Positions 17,970 through 26,453 of a stretch of DNA of 48,471 bases are shown here, piece after piece; the first letter of the stretch is position 1, and each line of letters begins with the position of its first letter. The position numbers were made by a program, and so were the translations under genes. The notes beneath the pieces are model-generated. The model had not been told where the DNA came from, searched no databases, and saw only the letters and a program-made list of their open reading frames with translations. This DNA comes from Bacteroidota bacterium (GTDB lineage Bacteria; Bacteroidota; Bacteroidia; Flavobacteriales; Flavobacteriaceae). The DNA lies in assembly GCA_039815505.1 (NCBI GenBank), contig JBCBZE010000001.1:1-48471 (forward strand), written 5' to 3'.

Positions 17970-19163
17970 TTACGCCAATACTTCATTTAACGCGGCGGTA
18001 AAGATTTTCATCTCATCCAAGGTCCCCATACTGACACGGCACCAGTTTTTATCCATGAATTCAAATGCCCTTACACCTACCTTACGCTCCAACATCTTTT
18101 CCAGAAACAACTTCCCTTCCATTTCTATGGGAAAAATAACGAAACTGGTAAAGGAGGTAACATAATCGTACCCCATCTTTTCCAGACTGCGGTAAACGTA
18201 TTCCCTAGCTTCTGCATTTAAGGCTCGGGATTTGTCTTGAAAGGCGACATCATCCATACTTGCGAGAGCCGCATATATAGAGGTATAGGAAATTCCCATT
18301 CCGCCACGGGTAATCTTTCGTATTTTATCCAAGGTTTTGGTCTGGGCCATGATATAACCCACTCGTAAACCTGCCATTCCATGGATTTTAGAGAAGGTAC
18401 GTGCAATAATTACATCTTTACCCTCACCAATAAGGGAAACCATACTTTTTTTGGCACCATCTTCAAGAAAATCAAGATAGGCCTCGTCTATAAATACCGT
18501 AACTTTTTCGGAAATACGGGAACAAAAATCCAAAAGTTCTTCATGGCTAGTTAAACTACCTGTTGGATTGTTCGGGTTGCAGATATAAATCAATTTGGTG
18601 TCTTCATCTATGGCCGCTTCCATTGCCTTTAAATCATGGGACCAATCTTCTTTTAACGGTACGGCTTTCCATGATGCACCGGTAGCTTCAGCTACCTGAA
18701 TTAGGGACATGTATGAGGGATCTGCCGAAACTACATTGCCACCGTTCATGAACAATACCATAGCAGTTTTTTCCAATAGATCGGAAGAACCTGGACCCAT
18801 CATTATGTTTTCAGCCTTTATCCCTTCTTTTAAGGCGATCTTATCCATTAATTGGAACAACTCTCGCCAGGCATAACGATTTCCTTTGTCGGCAACCGTT
18901 TTAAGTGCTTCTACGGCCATTGGAGAAGGGCCATATGGATTTTCATTGGCATTCAGCTTGGCCAACAAAACTTCGGAATCGAGAAAACCTTCGGTAATAT
19001 ATTCCTTGAAAAAAGGACTATACAATGTATTGCCATGAGCATCGAACCGTAAAGTTGCTTTGGGCACTTCGCCAAAGCCAAGGTGTGGAAATAAAGTCAT
19101 GCCACCGGCGGTCAGGAGACCGGTTTTTATCCAATCCCTACGATTTAAGTTGTTCCTTCCCAT
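17970..19163 (-). CDS. Class I/II (HisC-like) PLP aminotransferase with an N-terminal twin-arginine signal
   Basis: 397 aa. Contains NRRDWIKTGLLTAGGMTLF (Tat motif plus h-region), the PLP-Lys motif RTFSKIHGMAGLRVGY, and NANENPYGPSP. Confidence 0.8.
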   Translation of the reverse strand: MGRNNLNRRDWIKTGLLTAGGMTLFPHLGFGEVPKATLRFDAHGNTLYSPFFKEYITEGFLDSEVLLAKLNANENPYGPSPMAVEALKTVADKGNRYAWRELFQLMDKIALKEGIKAENIMMGPGSSDLLEKTAMVLFMNGGNVVSADPSYMSLIQVAEATGASWKAVPLKEDWSHDLKAMEAAIDEDTKLIYICNPNNPTGSLTSHEELLDFCSRISEKVTVFIDEAYLDFLEDGAKKSMVSLIGEGKDVIIARTFSKIHGMAGLRVGYIMAQTKTLDKIRKITRGGMGISYTSIYAALASMDDVAFQDKSRALNAEAREYVYRSLEKMGYDYVTSFTSFVIFPIEMEGKLFLEKMLERKVGVRAFEFMDKNWCRVSMGTLDEMKIFTAALNEVLA

Positions 19164-19319
19164 ACGTATAATTTTTTAAGTTAGCTATCAAACCTAAGTT
19201 AGAAACTAAACGAAATAAAACCTATGGTAAAACCATAAAAATCAGGCACTTAAATTGCGGATATAAAATTTTAAGCGGGTTTGATTTGTTAAAAAGCAAA
19301 AAGAAGGCGTTAAGCGGTG

Positions 19320-19715
19320 TTATTTTGCCAAAATCCCATCCTTTTCAATCAATGGAATAGGTGAAAGTTGGTTTTCGCGGATGGTATTTTTTTCGAAAAG
19401 ATATTTTTTCTCGTACAGTTTGTCATCAGCATAGAATGTAACAAAGAATTCATTGTTTAAACTAAAGACATCTTCCTGCAAAGGCTCTATTTTTTCAAAG
19501 GATTTAGCATTGACCACACCAATACCATGACGCATAATGGACGTTTTCCTTTCCCCATCATAACCCTTGGAAACGATTAGGACCATATCGATCTTGGAAT
19601 CGCGATCATTGAGTATATAGGCATTCCAATCCTTAGAGAGGAATTCATCGTTCCATTCATGCACTATGGCTACATATACATCTTTAATAATTGGGATTTC
19701 GATATCTTTTTTCAT
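19320..19715 (-). CDS. Hypothetical protein (no recognisable motif)
   Basis: 131-aa ORF starting 5 nt after the pheS stop, in the same orientation. Confidence 0.55.
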   Translation of the reverse strand: MKKDIEIPIIKDVYVAIVHEWNDEFLSKDWNAYILNDRDSKIDMVLIVSKGYDGERKTSIMRHGIGVVNAKSFEKIEPLQEDVFSLNNEFFVTFYADDKLYEKKYLFEKNTIRENQLSPIPLIEKDGILAK

Positions 19716-19720
19716 GGAAA

Positions 19721-20740
19721 CTAGAAAGCACTCTTGAACTGTTCTAAAAAGCGAACATCGTTTTCGCTAAGTAAACGGATGTCGGAAATTTGATGGAGCA
19801 GTAATGCTATTCTATCTATGCCCATGCCAAAGGCAAAGCCGGAATATGTATGGGCATCTATACCACAGTTCTCAAGCACATTGGGGTCAACCATACCACA
19901 CCCCATAATTTCTAGCCAACCGGTACCTTTGGTCATTTTATAATCGGTTTCTGTTTCAAGACCCCAATATACATCTACCTCTGCACTTGGCTCCGTAAAA
20001 GGGAAGTAAGAGGGCCTTAGGCGAATTTTTGATTTCCCAAACAGTTCTGTCGTGAAAAATTGCAATGTCTGTTTTAAGTCTGCAAAGGAAACATTCTTGT
20101 CTATATAAAGACCTTCTACTTGGTGAAAGAAACAATGTGATCTTGCAGATATGGCTTCATTGCGATATACTCTTCCTGGAGAGATTGTCCTGATAGGAGG
20201 TTGGTTGTTCTCCATATACCGTACTTGCACCGATGAGGTATGTGTACGTAAGAGCACATCGGGATTAGTCTGAATAAAAAAGGTATCCTGCATATCCCTG
20301 GCGGGGTGATACTCCGGAAGGTTCAAAGCGGTAAAATTATGCCAGTCATCCTCAATCTCCGGACCCTCGGATACGTTAAAACCGATTCTGGAGAAAATAT
20401 CAATGATTTGATTTTTTACAATGGAGATGGGATGTCTTGCCCCAATTTCGAGCAACTCCCCTGGACGGGTAAGATCTCCATAAATCCCTTTTTCATCGCT
20501 TTTGCTCTCTAGCGCTTCTCTTAGGGTAGCGACTTTTTTGCTCGCAATGTTTTTAAGCTGATTGATAGTTTGGCCGAACTCTTTCTTTTGATCATTGGGC
20601 ACGTCCTTGAATGCAGCAAAAAAATCATTTAGTAACCCTTTCTTTCCCAAATATTTAATTCTGAAAGCCTCTATATCCGCTACATTGGTAGAAGAGAATT
20701 TTTCTACCTCGGAAATATGTTCTTTTATCGTATCGATCAT
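19721..20740 (-). CDS. pheS: Phenylalanine--tRNA ligase alpha subunit
   Basis: 339 aa. Class II motifs are present (GRVYRNEAISARSHCFFHQVEG, FAFGMGIDRIALL). Confidence 0.93.
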   Translation of the reverse strand: MIDTIKEHISEVEKFSSTNVADIEAFRIKYLGKKGLLNDFFAAFKDVPNDQKKEFGQTINQLKNIASKKVATLREALESKSDEKGIYGDLTRPGELLEIGARHPISIVKNQIIDIFSRIGFNVSEGPEIEDDWHNFTALNLPEYHPARDMQDTFFIQTNPDVLLRTHTSSVQVRYMENNQPPIRTISPGRVYRNEAISARSHCFFHQVEGLYIDKNVSFADLKQTLQFFTTELFGKSKIRLRPSYFPFTEPSAEVDVYWGLETETDYKMTKGTGWLEIMGCGMVDPNVLENCGIDAHTYSGFAFGMGIDRIALLLHQISDIRLLSENDVRFLEQFKSAF

Positions 20741-20834
20741 ATTGAAAAACTAAGAACAACAAATTTAAAACTTTTATGGGAGGCAGGATTATTTTAGGAA
20801 ATTAAAATGAGACGGGGAAGGGATTTATTTATAC

Positions 20835-22709
20835 TTAAGTATTGGGATACTTATCGCTCACATTGTCTTTTATCCAAACCAAGCAGTCCTCAAAATTCTC
20901 AAAAAGATGCTCTGTTGGAATTAAATCAGGAATAATATCGATACGTTCCATCATGTATTTGGGCTGTTTTAAAACATTGACCAAAAGGACATCGATTTCG
21001 TTTTTTTTCAAGTCCAATAATACATCCTCTAGGGCATAAAGGCCTGATTGATCTATGTATTGCATCCTTTCCATTCGAATGATTACGCTTCTGGCCGTAT
21101 GGGGAATCTGAGTGGCCAATTGCTGAAAATCACTGGTAGACCCAAAGAACAAAGGGCCCTTAATATGCTTTATAAACACCTTTTCCTTTAAGTCTTTCGG
21201 AAACCGGGACTCATCTGCCCATGCTTTTTCCTCGATCAGTGGTTTTACATCTGACCGTTCCGAAGTAATGTCCCCCATTTTTTTCATGAACATAAGGGAG
21301 GCGATTATCAAACCGATCCCAACGGCATACACTAAATTCCAAACGGAAGATAATACCAATACAACCAGCATAATTATTACTTCCGAACTTAATTTTATGG
21401 GCCCTAACTTTAAATCCTTGGGTAAACTTGGGATAGCTCTTAAACCTTTGTAATCCATAACGCCGATTCCTACGGTAACCAAAATACCGGCCAGTACCGC
21501 TGCTGGAATCTGGGAAGCAACCGGCCCTAGGGCAAGCAGTATGATCAACAGGATAATACCTGCAATCATACCGGATATTTTTGTTTTTCCGCCGGCATTA
21601 ATATTTACTACTGTGCGTATGGTGGCCCCGGCACCGGGGATGCCACCAAAAATAGCAGCAATACTGTTTCCAATACCTTGTCCTACCAATTCCTTATTGG
21701 GTTTGTGTTTGGTTTTGGTCATATTATCGGCGACTACCGAGGTCAATAGGGAATCAATTGCTCCTAACAAGGCCAAGGTCAAGGCCGTAAAGATATAGGG
21801 TGTAATGCTGCTTAAGCTAAATTGTGCAAATATTCTTAAATTGGGTAAGGGAAGCCCTTCTGGAATTTTTTCGATAGGTCTATAATCGAAGTCAAAGCCA
21901 TAGGCAATTCCGGAAACGATTAACAGGGCCACGAGGGTACTGGGAATGGCCGTAGTAATTCTTTTAAAACCGTAAATAATGATAATGGTCGCCATTGCCA
22001 ATCCAAGTTCCAACCAATTTATATTGTTGAAGGCCCTTGGCAAAACTCGTATGGTACCCACCACGCCCGAGACCTCTTTTGCGGCCAGGGTCTCGGCCTC
22101 CGCCATAATGTCTTTCTGGGTCGTCTCCCCAGCTCTTTTTATGGTCTCCTTAAAATCTTCGAGTACCAGAATACCTTCCCCAGCTTCATCTTTCAGTATG
22201 TTTTCAAGGATAAGTTGTTCCGCTTCAGGTATAAATTTACTGACTAGCTTTACGTCCTCTTTGGGATAATATCCCACCGCCGGGAGAATTTGGGTTACTA
22301 GAATAATAACACCAATGGCGGTCATAAAACCGGAAACGACAGGATAAGGGATATATTTTATATATTTTCCAAGCCCAATAAGCCCAAGACCAATTTGCAT
22401 AAGACCCGCTAAAAGAAAAACAGTCAAGATGGCCGGTAATGCTTTATTTACATCGCCGTCATTAACCGAGATGATACTTGCGATAACTATCATGCTTACC
22501 GCGGTCATGGGTGCGGTAGGGCCCGAAATTTGAGTATTGGTACCTCCGAATAGAGCTGCAAAAAAACTAATAAAAATAGCCCCATAAATTCCGGCACTTG
22601 GCCCTAGTCCAGAACTTACACCAAAAGCCAAGGCTAAAGGTAAAGCTACGATTCCCGCTGTGATGCCACCAAAAAGATCTCCTTTAATATTGGAAAACAG
22701 TTTAGTCAT
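20835..22709 (-). CDS. SulP-family anion transporter with a C-terminal STAS domain
   Basis: Contains the SulP N-terminal pattern DLFGGITAGIVALPLALAFG and a C-terminal STAS-like region. The ATG at 22709 (MTKLFSNIKGD) is preferred over the GTG at 22748. Confidence 0.85.
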   Translation of the reverse strand: MTKLFSNIKGDLFGGITAGIVALPLALAFGVSSGLGPSAGIYGAIFISFFAALFGGTNTQISGPTAPMTAVSMIVIASIISVNDGDVNKALPAILTVFLLAGLMQIGLGLIGLGKYIKYIPYPVVSGFMTAIGVIILVTQILPAVGYYPKEDVKLVSKFIPEAEQLILENILKDEAGEGILVLEDFKETIKRAGETTQKDIMAEAETLAAKEVSGVVGTIRVLPRAFNNINWLELGLAMATIIIIYGFKRITTAIPSTLVALLIVSGIAYGFDFDYRPIEKIPEGLPLPNLRIFAQFSLSSITPYIFTALTLALLGAIDSLLTSVVADNMTKTKHKPNKELVGQGIGNSIAAIFGGIPGAGATIRTVVNINAGGKTKISGMIAGIILLIILLALGPVASQIPAAVLAGILVTVGIGVMDYKGLRAIPSLPKDLKLGPIKLSSEVIIMLVVLVLSSVWNLVYAVGIGLIIASLMFMKKMGDITSERSDVKPLIEEKAWADESRFPKDLKEKVFIKHIKGPLFFGSTSDFQQLATQIPHTARSVIIRMERMQYIDQSGLYALEDVLLDLKKNEIDVLLVNVLKQPKYMMERIDIIPDLIPTEHLFENFEDCLVWIKDNVSDKYPNT

Positions 22710-22810
22710 GATGATTTGATAGTAAGACTTTAATTTAGCATTTTTCACTAAACAGAAAAGGCCAATTTTATGTTAAATAATGGCCTAAATCCCTCACGTT
22801 ATTGAACGGA

Positions 22811-23437
22811 TTAAAAAAAGGATACTTTTCCGTTGGCAATGTCGTACATTGCCCCAACAATACTAATTTCACCTTGATCTTCCATTTCCTCTAGAACAGG
22901 GCTTTGTTTTCTGATATTTTCAATGGTAAGATGTACGTTGGTTACGGCTACATCGTTGACAAATGATAGGTTTTGGGAGTTTCGTAAAGCGGCATCCTGG
23001 GGTTGTTTTACCGCGTCCACAGCAGGCTTGATCTTACTTACCAATGCCGTAAGGTTTCCAAGTTTGGCATCGTCACAAGCACCTTTTACCGCACCACAAC
23101 TGGTATGGCCAAGAACAACCACTACTTTGGTTCCCGCTAGTTTACAAGCAAACTCTATACTACCCAAAATATCTTCGTTTACAATGTTTCCAGCAACTCG
23201 GGCGCTAAAAATATCGCCAACACCTTGGTCAAAAATAAGTTCTGCGGATACTCTGGAATCTATGCAGCTCAAAATTGTAGCAAACGGGTATTGGCCAGAT
23301 ATCGTATCTTTTACCTGATCCAATAAATTCCTATGGACCGCGGTGTTGTCCAAAAATCGCTGGTTCCCTTCCTTTAACATTTCTATTGCGGTAATGGGGG
23401 TCATCGCCGCCTGGGTTTCCTTTGTTTGTGCTTTCAT
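22811..23437 (-). CDS. Beta-class carbonic anhydrase
   Basis: 208 aa. The zinc ligands are in SCIDSRV and GHTSCGAV. Confidence 0.9.
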   Translation of the reverse strand: MKAQTKETQAAMTPITAIEMLKEGNQRFLDNTAVHRNLLDQVKDTISGQYPFATILSCIDSRVSAELIFDQGVGDIFSARVAGNIVNEDILGSIEFACKLAGTKVVVVLGHTSCGAVKGACDDAKLGNLTALVSKIKPAVDAVKQPQDAALRNSQNLSFVNDVAVTNVHLTIENIRKQSPVLEEMEDQGEISIVGAMYDIANGKVSFF

Positions 23438-23684
23438 TCTTAGTATATTTTATGGGTTGAAGGAATTATATCTTTACTTCCTACTTGGCGTCATCGATAA
23501 TGTTACATCTAGCTTGTCCACAAACTTATTGACGTCCGGTTTAATAGGTGAATGGTCTTGGTCTCCAACGTATAACAAATCTATATTATTTTTTAATAGA
23601 TAGTTAGATAAGTTCTTATTAGAGCTTTCGTTATGTTCAAGGACATATTCGATTGTTTTTCTATTTTCCCATGATCATTTTATT

Positions 23685-25265
23685 TCATGCGGATTTGGGT
23701 CTTAGCTTGAAGAACTCTATGAAGCTCTCCGGGTTTTCAACAGCACCGCGCTCAGAAATTAAATGTATGTCGATATTTCTTTCTTTTGCCTTGAACGCAA
23801 AATCATCAAGAATTTCTATAATGTCATTATCGAGGTATCTTGTTTTCCTTACGTCCAATTCCAAATAGGTATCACGGGGCAAATTGTCCAACTCTTTCAA
23901 AATGGCCCCCTTGTTGAAAAAGGTAACCTCTTCCGCCAATGTCATCTTGATCCTATGTTTGCCATTGCTTTTGTCCTCAATATGTAGAAAATGTGAGTTT
24001 TGAAAACTTTTTATCAAAATGACAATAATCCCTACTGCCAGTCCCATACCAATGCCGATAAGGAGATCGGTAAATATGATTCCCAAAACGGTAACGGTGA
24101 ATGGAATAAATTGTTTCCAACCCAGTTGGTACATTTTTTTGAACAATGCGGGTTTGGCCAATTTATAACCTACTATGAACAGGATGGCCGCTAATACGGA
24201 AAGGGGGATCATGTTCAATAGCCTTGGAATCAGTATTACGGAAATCAAAAGGAAGAAACCGTGCACAATAGCCGATATTTTAGTTCGCCCTCCCGATTGG
24301 ATGTTGGCGGAACTTCTTACAATTACCTGTGTTATAGGCAATCCACCGATCATTCCGGAAATCATGTTCCCCGTTCCCTGCGCCAATAACTCCCTATTGG
24401 TGGGTGTAACGCGTTTTTGAGGGTCTAACTTGTCCGTTGCTTCAACACACAAGAGTGTTTCTAAACTGGCAACGAGCGCAATGGTAAAAGCGGTTATCCA
24501 TATTTGTGGGTTGGTAACCCCCGAAAAGTTGGGAAAACTGAACTGTCCAAAAAAGGAAGCCGCATCTTCCGGGATAGGAACATTTACCAATTGCTTCGAG
24601 GAAATGCTCCATGTCTCCGTATCTTTTGTCAAAATAAAGAAGATAATACCCAATGCTACGGCCACAAGAGGTCCTTGTACCAATTGAAATATTTTTGCTT
24701 TTTTGGTCAACACCTTATCCCAAAGTATTAAAATAAATAACCCTATTATAGCAACGATCGTAGATCCAGGACTAATGTAATTAAGTGAGTTGATAATTTC
24801 GGAAAAGGTATTCTCACCATCTATCTGAAAAAATGCAAAATCCCCTTCCGGGTCGGCATTATACCCAAAAAAATGTGGGATCTGTTTTAATATGATAATG
24901 ATACCTATTCCGGTGAGCATTCCCTTAATAACCGATGATGGAAAATAATACCCAATAATACCTGCCTTAAGGATACCGAAGATCAATTGAATGGCACCAC
25001 CAAGTACAACGGCCAATAAAAAGTTTTGATACCCTCCCAAAGTTCCTATGGCGGTCAATACAATCGCGGCCAAACCAGCGGCAGGGCCACTTACCCCAAT
25101 CTGCGAGCCACTTAAAGCACCGACCACTATTCCTCCGACAATTCCTGCTATTAACCCAGAAAACAATGGGGCCCCACTGGCCAATGCAATACCCAAACAC
25201 AGTGGTAAAGCAACAAAAAATACGACGATACTGGCGGGTAAGTCGTTCCTTAATGATTTAAACAT
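23685..25265 (-). CDS. SulP-family anion transporter (BicA/DauA-like) with a STAS domain
   Basis: 526 aa. Contains DLPASIVVFFVALPLCLGIALASG and a STAS-like C-terminus. Confidence 0.85.
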   Translation of the reverse strand: MFKSLRNDLPASIVVFFVALPLCLGIALASGAPLFSGLIAGIVGGIVVGALSGSQIGVSGPAAGLAAIVLTAIGTLGGYQNFLLAVVLGGAIQLIFGILKAGIIGYYFPSSVIKGMLTGIGIIIILKQIPHFFGYNADPEGDFAFFQIDGENTFSEIINSLNYISPGSTIVAIIGLFILILWDKVLTKKAKIFQLVQGPLVAVALGIIFFILTKDTETWSISSKQLVNVPIPEDAASFFGQFSFPNFSGVTNPQIWITAFTIALVASLETLLCVEATDKLDPQKRVTPTNRELLAQGTGNMISGMIGGLPITQVIVRSSANIQSGGRTKISAIVHGFFLLISVILIPRLLNMIPLSVLAAILFIVGYKLAKPALFKKMYQLGWKQFIPFTVTVLGIIFTDLLIGIGMGLAVGIIVILIKSFQNSHFLHIEDKSNGKHRIKMTLAEEVTFFNKGAILKELDNLPRDTYLELDVRKTRYLDNDIIEILDDFAFKAKERNIDIHLISERGAVENPESFIEFFKLRPKSA

Positions 25266-25330
25266 ATCAGAAGTTTTTAGTCTTTAAACTATAATTTAAA
25301 AACGGTTAGTTAAATAAAAGGACAGTTAAC

Positions 25331-25630
25331 TTATGAAATTTCAGGAGGTGGAACAAGAATTTCCGTAATAGTACAGGAGTATTTCCTTAAAAAAAAACTC
25401 GTAAAAGATTCTTTTTGAGGGTCTTGAAAATGTGTTGCCTCAAATGCAGCATAAAAAAGAAAATCTTTCTCGTTGACTTCCTTTTTACCCTCCTTCTTAT
25501 TTTCTTCATCGTTGAAGTCTACCACCATCATTGTTTTGGTTTTAGTATCGAACAAAGTGACCACTGAAGGCGCCAGAACGGAAACTATCAGTAACAGTGA
25601 GATGATAAGATGAGAAATATACCTAAACAC
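25331..25630 (-). CDS. Hypothetical small membrane-anchored protein
   Basis: 99-aa ORF with a GTG start, one N-terminal hydrophobic helix and a K/E-rich middle. No motif recognised. Confidence 0.35.
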   Translation of the reverse strand: MFRYISHLIISLLLIVSVLAPSVVTLFDTKTKTMMVVDFNDEENKKEGKKEVNEKDFLFYAAFEATHFQDPQKESFTSFFLRKYSCTITEILVPPPEIS

Positions 25631-25686
25631 TTAAAGTCTTTTTAACAAATATAAAAGTATTACTGTTAGATCTTGTTAAGGAAACT

Positions 25687-26451
25687 TTAAAAATCTTTCA
25701 GCATTCTTATATCTTCTGAAGAAATCCAGCCGGTCTTACCATCGGCTAGTTCTATCTTTTGCCAATCATTAAGTTGCTCCAACACATTTACCTTGGCCCC
25801 TTGATGAAGCTTAAAGACCTCTTGACTTCTCGTATTAGGTTCCGATTTTATGATAGATTCCTCGGGAAATACAATTGCGGGCCTATCCGCCATAAAGTCG
25901 TTATACTGCAGATAAGCGAGCGTTAAAGCTACAATTGCCAAAACAAGGGAAACCATACTTGTTATAAAAGCAATTCTCTTTCGGTTGGCATATCTAAAGA
26001 AGTAAAAGCCCAAATAGGCCAGTACAAAAAGCAAAACAAAAATCACGGCAGTTTGTGCCCATTGTTCAAATGATAGAAATTCCGTGAAGTTTCTATACAG
26101 TCTGGAAAGACTGGTCTCCGGTAGTTCTTCGATGGCATCCAGGGTCATGTTTTGCGCAAACCCAAGATTATTTATGATTTCCGGATCATTGGGCTTTAAC
26201 AACAATGCCTTTTCATAATAATAGATACTGGGCGCTATTTGGTCCATTTTGTAATACGAGTTGCCCAAGTTAAAGTAAAGCTCGGAAGAATGTTCGCCGT
26301 TTTTCAGAATTTTTAGATAGTGCTCTACCGCGGTACCGTAATCGCCTTCATTATAGGCGTCAGTGGCACGACTAAACAAGGCATTATTTTGATTTTGGGC
26401 AATTCCCGAAAGGGAAACCAATAAAACAAGTATTGTTGCGAACTTTTTCAT
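25687..26451 (-). CDS. batE: BatE-like TPR/SH3 protein
   Basis: 254 aa. Has a signal peptide, TPR repeats, a TM segment, and a C-terminal SH3-like WQKIELADGKTGWISSEDI. It is the last gene of the Bat operon. Confidence 0.7.
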   Translation of the reverse strand: MKKFATILVLLVSLSGIAQNQNNALFSRATDAYNEGDYGTAVEHYLKILKNGEHSSELYFNLGNSYYKMDQIAPSIYYYEKALLLKPNDPEIINNLGFAQNMTLDAIEELPETSLSRLYRNFTEFLSFEQWAQTAVIFVLLFVLAYLGFYFFRYANRKRIAFITSMVSLVLAIVALTLAYLQYNDFMADRPAIVFPEESIIKSEPNTRSQEVFKLHQGAKVNVLEQLNDWQKIELADGKTGWISSEDIRMLKDF

Positions 26452-26453
26452 AC

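Noticed and set aside
16861-18165. Four plus-strand ORFs (74-139 aa) tiling the region opposite the AEC permease and the aminotransferase 3' end.
   Set aside because: They are antisense to a hydrophobic membrane-protein gene, which typically leaves long open antisense frames. They have no motifs and no sensible start context.
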